Shown here: positions 9,977 through 19,356 of the stretch, one piece after another
Position numbering within the stretch: position 1 is the first letter of the stretch
Layout of the letters: every line of letters begins with the position of its first letter
DNA from: Thermodesulfobacteriota bacterium
GTDB taxonomy: Bacteria > Desulfobacterota > Binatia > Bin18
DNA: 64,000 bases
NCBI GenBank assembly: GCA_964291405.2
Contig: OZ219926.1
Span: forward strand, 4,096,001 to 4,160,000
Direction: 5' to 3'
The notes under the pieces: model-generated
Databases searched by the model: none
What the model was told of the DNA's origin: nothing
The model's input: only the letters and a program-made list of their open reading frames with translations
Position numbers and translations under genes: made by a program

Positions 9977-10859
9977 TTTTGGACTCCTTTCTTTTCGCCG
10001 TGCCACTGAGACAACGAATAATAGGTGTTCGTCTGTTGTCCTTCCTTCTGATCTCGTTCCGTGCCTGTAATCTGAGCTTGTCTACTAGCTGGCGTTCGTT
10101 GGCTGTTAAATCCCGGACATTTTTGAATAGGCTGCTCGCTTCATGGATATCTATAACAAAAGAATGGGACGGATAGGTTTGTGTCAAATGTTCTATTGCT
10201 TTGTCCTTTAGATTTCCTGAGTGTACATTCAGTCTTTGAGCATAATCCGACGCAATGCGCATTGCGCGTAATTTCTCACCAACTTCCATTGGGTCAATCT
10301 GAGAGAATATCGGCGCATAAAGGCCAGTCACTAGTTCAGATGCCGATTGCGTGGCTGTCTTAAAGGAAATGACTGCCTCCGTATCGGTTATTATACCTGA
10401 AAATATATCGGCATGTGTTTCAATTGCTGATTTTATTAGATGGTCTATGGATACCGTGATTGTCAACCCGGATTGGCGTTCAGCCAGGTTATCCGTTTTG
10501 TAAGTCTGAATGTCGATAGGTCCTATTTCACCATAGGGCGCAAAAGCAACACTGTGTGCTCCTACTGCTATCAGGGTACCAGCACTCTTACACAATCCAG
10601 AAACAAGGACGGTGAAATTCTCGTACTTGTTTTGCATATACCTGGCCATCTTATATGCTGCATCAGGATTTCCACCATGCGTGACCAGAATAAGAATTGC
10701 GTTTTTCTTGGCCTTTTGCTTGTGTACCTCTTGAATGAACGTCAGATCAGCGCCTCGTAGAATCTCGCCATTATACAAATAAACATCGCTGTCACTGTCA
10801 TCACTGACTGCCCTAGCGAGTTCCGCAAGTTCTGATTCTGTCACACTGTTATCAGGCAT
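9861..10859 (-). CDS. SDH-family Clp-fold (S49/SppA-like) serine protease, IS passenger
   Basis: LVTHGGNPDAAY, CKSAGTLIAVGA (nucleophile Ser), GEIGPIDIQ, YPSHSFVID. Confidence 0.8.
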   Translation of the reverse strand: MPDNSVTESELAELARAVSDDSDSDVYLYNGEILRGADLTFIQEVHKQKAKKNAILILVTHGGNPDAAYKMARYMQNKYENFTVLVSGLCKSAGTLIAVGAHSVAFAPYGEIGPIDIQTYKTDNLAERQSGLTITVSIDHLIKSAIETHADIFSGIITDTEAVISFKTATQSASELVTGLYAPIFSQIDPMEVGEKLRAMRIASDYAQRLNVHSGNLKDKAIEHLTQTYPSHSFVIDIHEASSLFKNVRDLTANERQLVDKLRLQARNEIRRKDNRRTPIIRCLSGTAKRKESKNDKATDRTGSAGGDGKNPPASVGTPDRPDGESDGIHAD

Positions 10860-10872
10860 CTTAGTGAGGAGC

Positions 10873-11109
10873 CTAGCGGTCTCTACTCTTTTCAGCCCAG
10901 CGTGCAGATGCACCTTGCTTGGCAATCGCGGTACGTTGGGCAGCGGTGAGCTTCAACGCACGCGCACGTCCGCCTAGCCGTCCAAGAGTCTGGCCGGCGG
11001 TTCGTGTTTCGATCTGTTCTGTTTCCTCACCTGTAGCGATCCGCGCGACCGCCACTGCTGCCCCAACCACATCACGCGGACGTACCTGTCCTTGTGGTCC
11101 TCGTGGCAT
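10873..11109 (-). CDS. Small basic protein typical of IS1-family tIS elements (often annotated RNA-binding or histone-like)
   Basis: MPRGPQGQVRPRDVVGAAVAVARIATGE...LGRLGGRARA...RTAIAKQGASARW; AGGAGGT SD; upstream TTGACA-16-TAATAT. Confidence 0.7.
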   Translation of the reverse strand: MPRGPQGQVRPRDVVGAAVAVARIATGEETEQIETRTAGQTLGRLGGRARALKLTAAQRTAIAKQGASARWAEKSRDR

Positions 11110-11261
11110 GCGTTGCACCTCCTGTCCGTCGGTCTGTATATTACGCATAAGTGTGAGCATGTCAACTTATAAATTATAAGTTCGCTGAATGGCGTGTGCG
11201 AGTGTGGATCGAAGAAAGTCTGAAAAAATCAGATTTCAAACTGATACACTACCCCCGGCGT

Positions 11262-11660
11262 TTATGCCGCGGCGATCTTTTGGCGCGTCAGTGTAAGCGG
11301 TTCATGAAAATGCGTTTCCACCAGTGTAATACCAAGACTTTCCGCTATCGCTCGATCCTCGGCGTCCCAGCCATCCTCGACCCACACGATCTTTTTTCCT
11401 GGTCCGACCAGGCCAGCCAACCCCTCAGTTTTTGTAGCCTTCCAGGACAGTGACGGCAGGTGGATATCGAGCGCTGCGAATTCCAGGTGGATGTGGGCCT
11501 GCCACGAAGAGAGGATAAGGACGACGTGGAACTGTTCCTGACACCACGCGACGAATTCCTGGACTCCCTCTTTCCAATCCGTCCCACGTATGGTGCCAGC
11601 AGCACCCTGGAGAGATTTCAGCACACCATCGACATCGAGCAAGAGAATATTTGTCGTCAT
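11262..11660 (-). CDS. Small HAD-superfamily domain protein
   Basis: LLLDVDGVL motif I, LSSW, WVEDG. Confidence 0.65.
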   Translation of the reverse strand: MTTNILLLDVDGVLKSLQGAAGTIRGTDWKEGVQEFVAWCQEQFHVVLILSSWQAHIHLEFAALDIHLPSLSWKATKTEGLAGLVGPGKKIVWVEDGWDAEDRAIAESLGITLVETHFHEPLTLTRQKIAAA

Positions 11661-11668
11661 GGGAAAGT

Positions 11669-12499
11669 TCAGCGGCCGGTGAAGACTGGCGATCTTTTCT
11701 CCTTGAAAGCTCGGATCGCTTCTTGAAAATCCTGTGTCCCAGACGCCCGAATCAGCCGATCCGCTTCCATATCCAGACAGGTATGCAGATCCTGGGTCGT
11801 GGCCCGGTTCAGATTCTCCTTCATATAACGCAAGGCCAACGGCGGGCCGGCGGCAATCCGTTCGGCAAAGGCCAGGGCTTCCGTCTCAAAGGCATCGTCC
11901 GCAAAGACCCGGTTAAAAATGCCTAAACGCTCACATTCTGCGGCGTCGATGCGCTCTGACGTATAGTAGAGTTCCCGCGCCTTGGCGGTGCCAATCAGTT
12001 GGGTCAAAAACCAGCTTCCCCCGTAATCTCCGGGTAGTCCGATCTTCCCGAATCCGGTTGTGACGAACGCTCGTGCCGCAGCAATGCGGATATCGCACGC
12101 CAGGGCGATCGAAAGTCCGGCTCCGGCCGCCGGGCCGGGCAGGGCGGCGATCACGGGTTTTTCGAGTTCGTAAATCATGCCGGTCAGCGTTCTTTGTCGC
12201 CGCCGCAGGAGCTGGATCTTCTCTTCCGGCGTCTGTTCTTCTTTGGACCACGAACCAAAGGTTTTGACGTCACCGCCGGCGCAAAAGGCCGTCCCGGCTC
12301 CGGTGAGCATAATGCAGCCTACATCGGGGCGTATTGCCAGCTCCGGAATGATGGTGCGGAGCGCCGGGGTCAGCGTATCCGACAGCGCGTTACGGACTTC
12401 GGGGCGATTGAACGTCACCACCCCCACACGATCTTCGAGATGGCATAGGAGTTGTTCCGTACCGGTGTCTATGGCTTGTCTGTGCGATTTTTCGGACAT
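11669..12499 (-). CDS. Enoyl-CoA hydratase/isomerase family protein
   Basis: FNRPEVRNA, AFCAGGD, GPAAGAGLSIALACDIR, FKEKRSPVFTGR. Confidence 0.9.
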   Translation of the reverse strand: MSEKSHRQAIDTGTEQLLCHLEDRVGVVTFNRPEVRNALSDTLTPALRTIIPELAIRPDVGCIMLTGAGTAFCAGGDVKTFGSWSKEEQTPEEKIQLLRRRQRTLTGMIYELEKPVIAALPGPAAGAGLSIALACDIRIAAARAFVTTGFGKIGLPGDYGGSWFLTQLIGTAKARELYYTSERIDAAECERLGIFNRVFADDAFETEALAFAERIAAGPPLALRYMKENLNRATTQDLHTCLDMEADRLIRASGTQDFQEAIRAFKEKRSPVFTGR

Positions 12500-12606
12500 G
12501 TTTGCTCCTCGTTCCTAGAGTATTACCGGTCCGCTGTATCCAGAAAAATTCTCGCTTCTTGCAGTGCCTCGGGTACATTTTTGTCACTCCAGCCGGCGAG
12601 CAGCTT

Positions 12607-14142
12607 TTAATAACCTTGGCGTGCAGTGCTGATGTCAGCGCTTTTTGCAGCTGCTCGCGCCAAGCCACGCAGAGAAAGGCGACGGTTCGGAGTACGCTGT
12701 AAGGAGATCTCGAACTGGGCCATCGCCTTTTGCGGCTGGCCAAGCTCAAGCAGGATTTCTCCATACAACTCGTGCGCGGGTTTGATTGGTATGGCTGCTC
12801 CATTGGGTAAACCGAGACTGTTTGCCATAGTCACGGCTTCGTCCATGAGGGCGACCGCTTCGTCGCCCTGGCCCTGTGCCAGACGGACCAGGGCTGCAAC
12901 CTCAAGACGCATAATAGTCAACGCCTGCTGGCGGTGTTTGGAGCGGGACGGCGGATCTTCCTGCTCCATTTCTCTTAACTTGGCTTCCGCCTGTTGAGCG
13001 ATTGCCACATCCCCCATGCGGACAGCACTCATGCCTGTTGCCATCAATTCATGCGCAGTCAGGTTGGAAGAAAGTGGCAGTTGCTCCCACCGTTCGCTTT
13101 CGACAATAGTGCGGGCCGTCATTTCTCCGACACCCTCCTTGACCCACCGGACGGTACTTTTCTCTGCCACCGGCCGCAGAAGCTCAATCGCCTGCTTTGC
13201 CTTGGTCCAGTCCGCCTGTTGCAGCGCCCCGTACTGGCCCCAATCCAAAGCGTGCCAGATATACACATCGTTAAAATAGCGCTGGGTCTCAGAAAAACTG
13301 TCTCGCTGCGGCCACTTTGCAAAAGCGGCGTGATAGGAGGCTTCATTGGAAGCAACCACTTCGGCCCACATGCCGCGCTGAATAAAAATATGCGAGGGCA
13401 TGTGTAAGGCATGGGAGACGTCCGGGGCGATTTGCGCGTAGCGTTCGGCTGCCGTCAGGGCCAGGGGCGCGTGAATAGGGTCATCGAAGGCGTGAATAAT
13501 ATAATGGGCCGCGCCCGGATGGTTCGGGTGTTTGCGAAACACCTCCTGGGCTATCGCACCCGCTTTCATCCGTACCCCAAACGTTGACTCTGCTCCCCAG
13601 GTGTCTCCAAGATAGCGGACCGTCCCCAGTAGAGCCACGGCGTAAAACGCTTGAAGCTCTTCGTCCTCAGGATATTGGGCAGCCAGCCGACCCATCGCCT
13701 CCGCGTAAGCAGATGCGCGCTCGGCACCCTCTCCCTCTCCATACAGAATCTCTACTGCGGCCAGTAAGCCGGCTTCACGTGGGGTAGGGGCTTTGGCTGC
13801 CCGCTCGGCCGGCGAAGAACCAAGACGGGCCAGCACGTTTCTCGGCGTTTCAAGGTCACGCGCAGGTTGGAGAGGATGATTGTGGCTCAGCGCCTCTCCC
13901 CAGTAGGCCAAGGCAAAGCCGGGCTCTATTTTCGCCGCCGCCTGGAACGCCTCCGCAGCGTCCTCGAACCCAAAATTATGCAGATATTTGACGCCCCGAA
14001 GGAAGTGTTCTTGGGCTGCTGCCGAACCGGAGGTCGGGAAATTCAGTTCTCCGAGTTGCTCGGCTCGGGCCTCTGGCGGACCGACAAAGACACTTGCGAG
14101 CAGGAATAGGACGATGACACCGTGCGTGATTCTTTGCCTCAT
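12607..14142 (-). CDS. Exported TPR-repeat protein
   Basis: Signal peptide; FLRGVKYLHNF, HPGAAHYIIHAFD and HALHMPSHIF motifs; helical repeats. Confidence 0.7.
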   Translation of the reverse strand: MRQRITHGVIVLFLLASVFVGPPEARAEQLGELNFPTSGSAAAQEHFLRGVKYLHNFGFEDAAEAFQAAAKIEPGFALAYWGEALSHNHPLQPARDLETPRNVLARLGSSPAERAAKAPTPREAGLLAAVEILYGEGEGAERASAYAEAMGRLAAQYPEDEELQAFYAVALLGTVRYLGDTWGAESTFGVRMKAGAIAQEVFRKHPNHPGAAHYIIHAFDDPIHAPLALTAAERYAQIAPDVSHALHMPSHIFIQRGMWAEVVASNEASYHAAFAKWPQRDSFSETQRYFNDVYIWHALDWGQYGALQQADWTKAKQAIELLRPVAEKSTVRWVKEGVGEMTARTIVESERWEQLPLSSNLTAHELMATGMSAVRMGDVAIAQQAEAKLREMEQEDPPSRSKHRQQALTIMRLEVAALVRLAQGQGDEAVALMDEAVTMANSLGLPNGAAIPIKPAHELYGEILLELGQPQKAMAQFEISLQRTPNRRLSLRGLARAAAKSADISTARQGY

Positions 14143-14235
14143 GATTCACCTTCCTTAACGTCCAGTTGTCTCAAAACATCATAGAGTTCCTCTGATCAAC
14201 CCGCTATATAGGCTAAAAGAGAAAAGGAGAACATC

Positions 14236-14655
14236 ATGGCAGCGGACGTACAGAGTTTGGAAACGGCCTTTCGCGCCTGGAATGCCGGGCTCAATACCAG
14301 CGACTTGGACGCCTTCTGGCAGGCGTTCCACGAGGAGGCGGAAATTCTGGACGAAGACTTTCCGTGGCGTATGGACCTGGACGACTTCAAGGACCATATT
14401 GCCTTCCACGCCGGCGGGAAGGGGATGTGGGAGTCGTTTGAATGGAAGCCGCGCGAAATGCACTTCAAGGTGTTTGGGGATACCGGCCATGTCAGCGGCT
14501 TTTCGACGTTTCGGGGCAAACCGCGCGATGCCGGTTTCCGCCAGCGCTTTATGGGTTTTACCCTGACCTGGGTGTATCGGGATGGAGCCTGGAAGCTGGT
14601 CTGCTGGCACCAGAGCCCCTTAATCGGACGGATACTCGAAGCGTCGCCGAGCTAG
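14236..14655 (+). CDS. NTF2/SnoaL-like (DUF4440) protein
   Basis: Typical size, C-terminal DGAWKLVCWHQS, strong AGGAG SD. Confidence 0.7.
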   Translation: MAADVQSLETAFRAWNAGLNTSDLDAFWQAFHEEAEILDEDFPWRMDLDDFKDHIAFHAGGKGMWESFEWKPREMHFKVFGDTGHVSGFSTFRGKPRDAGFRQRFMGFTLTWVYRDGAWKLVCWHQSPLIGRILEASPS

Positions 14656-14668
14656 GAACAGTCCGGAG

Positions 14669-14710
14669 AACCCACCCCGCCGTTCCGCGGCACCCTTCCC
14701 AAGAGGGGAT
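14669..14710. repeat. REP-like element (CCCACCCC...GAGGGGAT type)
   Basis: Near-identical copy at 34289-34331 and an inverted diverged copy at 34230-34269. Confidence 0.7.
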
Positions 14711-14715
14711 TTCCC

Positions 14716-14743
14716 GTAGGGGCAATTCATGAATTGCCCCTAC
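14716..14743. repeat. GTAG-type REP palindrome
   Basis: Perfect 28-bp palindrome GTAGGGGCAATTCATGAATTGCCCCTAC between convergent genes. Confidence 0.8.
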
Positions 14744-14744
14744 A

Positions 14745-15902
14745 TCAATATATGGCCGCCTCCACCCGTTCCCGCAGGCCGCGCAGACGATTGACGGGCT
14801 CGTTTGAGAAGACAAAGCGGACAAAGTTTGCGCTCCGCTCGCTGCCCCAGCCCGTCATGGCCGTTGCCGCGATTTTTCCTTTCTCCAACAAACGCTGAGA
14901 GGCCTCTGCGCCTGTCAGGCCAAAACCCGAGACATCCAGCAGCATGGACCAGCCGCCTTCGGGCTTGACGATGGGGAAACCCTCAAGTTCGTGCAGAATC
15001 GTATCTCGCCGGTGCTGCCATTCCACACTGGCCGCAGCAATATCAGTGTAGGGTGCTTGCAGCGCCACGGTTGCCGCGGCTTGAGCGATGCCGACCGGGC
15101 AGACCACGTTGGAGATATTCACCAAGCCGATATCATCGATAATGGCGGGTGGGGCAACGATCCAGCCGACCCGCCAGCCTATCATCCGGTACTCCTTGGA
15201 CACCGCACCAACCGTAATGGTCCGCTGGGCCATACCGGGGAACGAGGCCGGGTGCATGGAGTCCAGGCCGTCGAACAGAATGCGTTCCATGGCGCTGTCA
15301 TACAGCAGCCAGGCGTCGGCGTCCCGACAGGCCACGCAGATGCTGTCCCAATCCTGGCGCGTAAAGACGGCGCCGGTCGGCATGGAGGGGCTCATCATCA
15401 GTAGGACTTTTGTTTTGGGGGTCACGACCTGCCGCAACCGGTCACGGTCTAAACGCCAGACGCCGTCTTCAATCCGGTACGGAGCAAAAACCGGGACACC
15501 GCCAGCCAGCCGCACGCGGTTGACCAGACCAATATAGATCGGGTCGGTAAGGATGACCTCATCTCCGGGCTCAAGCAGAGCCAACAGCACGTTGAGAATG
15601 CCGTTCAAGCCGCCGGCACTGACAATGGTGGAATTCTGCCAATTATACTCCACACCCGAGAGGCGACTGACGAGGGCGGCGGCCGCCTGCCGTAGAGTGT
15701 CGGCACCCAGAAACGGCAGATAGCTGTTGGCGTCGTCTTCCCCTACCGCCCGCCGGGTCGCTTCTTCCACTCCGGGCGGCGGCCGCAGGTCGGTGTCGAG
15801 ATTCTCCAGACGCAGTATCGCTCCGTCCTGGGACTGGTCCGCCAGATTACCCATGCGGTCAACCCCAATCCCGGCCATTCCGGCCAATCTGCTCACTGGC
15901 AT
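14745..15902 (-). CDS. PLP-dependent aminotransferase class I/II
   Basis: LEPGDEVILTDP, PSMPTG, AVSKEYRMIGWRVGW (PLP Lys). Confidence 0.9.
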   Translation of the reverse strand: MPVSRLAGMAGIGVDRMGNLADQSQDGAILRLENLDTDLRPPPGVEEATRRAVGEDDANSYLPFLGADTLRQAAAALVSRLSGVEYNWQNSTIVSAGGLNGILNVLLALLEPGDEVILTDPIYIGLVNRVRLAGGVPVFAPYRIEDGVWRLDRDRLRQVVTPKTKVLLMMSPSMPTGAVFTRQDWDSICVACRDADAWLLYDSAMERILFDGLDSMHPASFPGMAQRTITVGAVSKEYRMIGWRVGWIVAPPAIIDDIGLVNISNVVCPVGIAQAAATVALQAPYTDIAAASVEWQHRRDTILHELEGFPIVKPEGGWSMLLDVSGFGLTGAEASQRLLEKGKIAATAMTGWGSERSANFVRFVFSNEPVNRLRGLRERVEAAIY

Positions 15903-16009
15903 ACTGCTCCTCCTATCGCCCTGTAGAGACGACTGTTTGCATAGCGCCTTTTCGGATAGAATACAGCCCGACTGAGCTAAGACTATGGGAAGACGGGAAA
16001 GGATACACC

Positions 16010-17110
16010 ATGAAATTCGGAGGTTCGCTGATTTGTCAGAACTATTTTCGGTCGCCCCGACCGGACCATGAGATTTACGCCGAAGACCTGGCTCTGGCCG
16101 AAATGTACGAGGACCTCGGATTCGATATGGTCTGGTCGGTGGAGCATCACTTCACGGACTATGAACTCATTCCCGACCCGGTGCAGATGCTAAGTTATGT
16201 GTGCGGACGGACCAAGAAGATCGGACTGGGCACGTTTGTGATCGTGCTGCCCTGGCACGACCCGGTGCGGGTCGCCGAGCAGATTGCCATGCTGGATAAT
16301 TTTGCGCGCGGACGCGAGCTGCTGCTGGGCTTCGGGCGCGGTGCCGCCCAGGTGGAGTACGACGGCTTTCGGGTCTCGATGAGCGAGGCGCGCGAGCGTC
16401 TGATCGAGAGTATTGAGGTCGTGAAGTGCGCCCTCGGACAGGACCGTTTTTCCTTTGCAGGCAAATATTTCAATATCCCGGAGATGCGCATTCGCCCGCG
16501 CCCGGTCAGTTCAGACCTGACCGGACGGATGTACGGGGCCATTATCAGCCCCGAGACTGGCGAGATCATGGCGCGGGCTGGCTTGGGCATGCTGATCATC
16601 CCCCAGAAGAGTTGGGCCGACCACCTGAAGGACTATGAGGCATATCAGGCGGCGTGTGCCAGATTCGGCACTACGGCGCGGCGGCCAATTATTACCGCCT
16701 GGATCTATTGCTCCGAGGAGGAGTCGGCCCAGGAAGATGGGCGGAAGTGGATCATGGACTATGCCGACACCGCCGTGCAGCATTACGCCTTTGACGAACC
16801 CGAGCATTTCCGCGCCGCCAAAGGCTACGAGACCTATGCCGAGCTTGCCGAAGCTAGCCAGCAGCAGGCCAACGCCTTTCAGCAGGAGTTTGCCAAAACG
16901 CAGATCTTTGGCACCCCGGAGCAATGTATTGCTGCCATTCAAGAGCTGCGCCAAGCCATGAACCCGAGTCAGTTTGTCGGTGTGTTCAAGTACGGCAGCC
17001 TGCCCAACGACCTGGCCGTCCGCAGCACCGAGTTGTTTGCGTCACAGGTGATGCCGGTTCTCCGGGCGGATGACACTGCAACCCAGGAGCAGCCGGCAGC
17101 CGCCCTCTGA
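16010..17110 (+). CDS. LLM-class flavin-dependent oxidoreductase
   Basis: WSVEHHF, WHDPVRVAEQIAMLD, LGFGRG, IFGTPE. Confidence 0.9.
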   Translation: MKFGGSLICQNYFRSPRPDHEIYAEDLALAEMYEDLGFDMVWSVEHHFTDYELIPDPVQMLSYVCGRTKKIGLGTFVIVLPWHDPVRVAEQIAMLDNFARGRELLLGFGRGAAQVEYDGFRVSMSEARERLIESIEVVKCALGQDRFSFAGKYFNIPEMRIRPRPVSSDLTGRMYGAIISPETGEIMARAGLGMLIIPQKSWADHLKDYEAYQAACARFGTTARRPIITAWIYCSEEESAQEDGRKWIMDYADTAVQHYAFDEPEHFRAAKGYETYAELAEASQQQANAFQQEFAKTQIFGTPEQCIAAIQELRQAMNPSQFVGVFKYGSLPNDLAVRSTELFASQVMPVLRADDTATQEQPAAAL

Positions 17111-17204
17111 GGCCCGGAGACTCCTTCTATTGCCGAGTGGAGAGCCGAATGAACTCTCTAGCGCAGTTTCCTCCGTGGTGTAGCGAGGTGCTCTCCAGAG
17201 TTCC

Positions 17205-17256
17205 GTAGGGTGCATCCCATGCACCACCTTTCCCCGGTGCGCAGGGCGCACCCTAC
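17205..17256. repeat. Inverted pair of GTAG-type REPs (REPIN-like doublet)
   Basis: GTAGGGTGCATCCCATGCACC, 10-nt spacer, GGTGCGCAGGGCGCACCCTAC; each unit is its own hairpin and both point outward from GTAG. Confidence 0.75.
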
Positions 17257-17287
17257 TTATCAGGAAACGCGCGGAGGCCGGTGGACG

Positions 17288-17689
17288 CTACACTAATGTG
17301 AATTTTGCTCTAGGAGGGAGAATCAGGACTCCTCCCACCGTCTGACCGTAATACGACCCGAAGTCTGTTCTGTCTCCGGTAATAAGATAACGACAGTGCG
17401 CGGCTATCGCCGCTGCCAGGATAGGCCGATCTTTTGCCTTGAGATCAATCGTTTTTGGCAGGTCCGGAAACTGGGCTGGATCGCTTATGATCCTCGTTTG
17501 CATGAGGAGATCCTGGAGAGCGGAGAGTCGGTCAGGTTTGGCAAGGGTGATATTCCGAGTTGCTTCTTCTGCTGCACAGGCAGAAGTCACGAACTCCACG
17601 TCTGAGAGATGCCATAACTTGGTCAGCGATGCGTTCGTCTTATAGGCCGCAGAGAAGAGGACGTTGGCATCGAGAAAGGCCCGTTCCAC
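17288..17689 (-). CDS. PIN-domain (VapC-like) toxin
   Basis: FLDANVLFS, KDRPILAAA, LITGDRTDF. Confidence 0.85.
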   Translation of the reverse strand: MERAFLDANVLFSAAYKTNASLTKLWHLSDVEFVTSACAAEEATRNITLAKPDRLSALQDLLMQTRIISDPAQFPDLPKTIDLKAKDRPILAAAIAAHCRYLITGDRTDFGSYYGQTVGGVLILPPRAKFTLV

Positions 17690-17692
17690 GGC

Positions 17693-17992
17693 TCAGTCCG
17701 CTGAGAGCCTGTGATGAGGAATTTTATTCGGGTCAAGACCGAGCTTCCGTACCTCTTGGATCGCCTCTGCATAATCGTCTGCGTCAACGGCGTTTGACAA
17801 CAGGAATTCTGCTCTGCGCTCTGGAGTGTAAATTTCAACGGGAGTCACGACGGCAGGACGAATAAGAATGCCCTCGGCACACTCCTCAGCAATCACAAAG
17901 GAGCCTTCTTCGATCCCAAAACGACGCCGGAGGCGAACCGGCAGGACGACCGTCCCCCGTTTTCCTACTTTGCTGGTTTCAGTAGTTCCCAT
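17693..17992 (-). CDS. AbrB/MazE/SpoVT family antitoxin
   Basis: KVGKRGTVVLPVRLRRRFGIEEG...GILIRP; 3 nt upstream of the PIN gene. Confidence 0.85.
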   Translation of the reverse strand: MGTTETSKVGKRGTVVLPVRLRRRFGIEEGSFVIAEECAEGILIRPAVVTPVEIYTPERRAEFLLSNAVDADDYAEAIQEVRKLGLDPNKIPHHRLSAD

Positions 17993-18159
17993 AATCTTTT
18001 CTCGCCTGATATTCAGACTTTCAGACATTCTATACCTTTCCGAGGAGTATAACAATATAAACCCAACACAACAGCCGTCCGCGCGCTCTGTTTCATCCTC
18101 ACCTTTTTTCGGATCGGTAGGGAATCATTGTGACAAGAAGAAATCATGAGCGGTCTTCA

Positions 18160-19281
18160 TCAAATCCCATAGAACGCAGCGCCATTCGCTCCCAGGATTT
18201 TATCGACCGACTGGGTTGGCAGCGCGGAGAGCAGCTCTCGCATGGTCTCCACCGGTTTGGTAAAGCCCTCGGCGTGGGGGTAGTCCGAGCCCACAAAGAA
18301 TTTCTCGTCCCCGGCAAACTGGACGATATACGGTAGCAGCTTTTCACTTGGGTCGGCGTTGATCCAGATATTGCGGGCCAGATATTCTCGAATCGGACGC
18401 TTCATCTGCGAGGTGTGGCGCATGTATTGGTAGCGGTAGTCAAAACGCTCAATCCACTCCCCAACCCAACTGCCCATAGATTCCACGGTTGCCGCGCGCA
18501 ATGTAGGAAAGCGCTCAAACACGCCGTCATACACCATGGTGCTCAGCGACATGCGGGGGTCCTGGATCACATTCATGGAAATAAACATGAAGCCGGGGTT
18601 GCGATTTTTATACCAGGCGCTACCGAGATACTCCTTGTTGCCGGCCGGGTGAATGCTGACGGCGATATTGCAATCCTGAGCGGCTGCCCAGAGCGGATCG
18701 TAATCCGGGTGGCCGAAACTTTTCCCATTTATGGGCGCGGAGCCGATCATGATTGAATGTGCGCCGAGTTTGGCCACGCGTTGGATCTCCTGCACGGCTA
18801 GCGTTGGCTCACGGAGCGAGATATGGGCCGCGGGAAAGAGGCGGTCACGATGGCCGGCGCTGATCTCAAACGCCCAGGTGTTATAGGCCCGACAGAGGGC
18901 CGCGGCGAGCTGCGGGTCCTGGACTTCGCCTTCCCATAACAGGCCCAGAGTGGGATAGAGGACCTGATAATCAATGCCCTCAGCGTCCAGAAATTGCATA
19001 CGCTTGTCCATGTCCTGCCAGGCACCGCCCTCGTATAGGGACTGGTCAAACTCGTTGAGCGCGCTCCCATCTTCCTTCTGCCCATAACCGACGACGATGC
19101 TGAGCATCTCGTCGATTTCGCTCCCTAACCGCATGGATTTATTATCCACCACCATACGCAGCTTGCCGCTGGCGCTATCCTGCTCCACGTGCATGGCCCG
19201 CTCGCGGTAGGTTGGCTCAATATACTGGAGGTATAAATTCAGCGGTTCGATCAAGTGACTGTCGCCATCGACGATTTTCAT
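18160..19281 (-). CDS. Amidohydrolase family protein
   Basis: IVDGDSHLIEP, CRAYNTW, VGSDYPHAE. Confidence 0.85.
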   Translation of the reverse strand: MKIVDGDSHLIEPLNLYLQYIEPTYRERAMHVEQDSASGKLRMVVDNKSMRLGSEIDEMLSIVVGYGQKEDGSALNEFDQSLYEGGAWQDMDKRMQFLDAEGIDYQVLYPTLGLLWEGEVQDPQLAAALCRAYNTWAFEISAGHRDRLFPAAHISLREPTLAVQEIQRVAKLGAHSIMIGSAPINGKSFGHPDYDPLWAAAQDCNIAVSIHPAGNKEYLGSAWYKNRNPGFMFISMNVIQDPRMSLSTMVYDGVFERFPTLRAATVESMGSWVGEWIERFDYRYQYMRHTSQMKRPIREYLARNIWINADPSEKLLPYIVQFAGDEKFFVGSDYPHAEGFTKPVETMRELLSALPTQSVDKILGANGAAFYGI

Positions 19282-19356
19282 ACTGGGCTCCTCTTCTCTT
19301 TACCGCAGGAACGACTCTACCCTCTTCTAGGACGTGCTGAAAGATAAGGACTCAGC

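Larger units (their letters stand above)
8725..11253 (-). mobile_element. IS1-family insertion sequence with passenger genes (tIS), 2529 bp
   Basis: Perfect 19-bp terminal IRs GGTAGTGTATCAGTTTGAA (8725-8743 and 11235-11253); 8-bp direct repeat CCCGGCGT at 8717-8724 and 11254-11261; contains a transposase and more AT-rich cargo. Confidence 0.93.
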
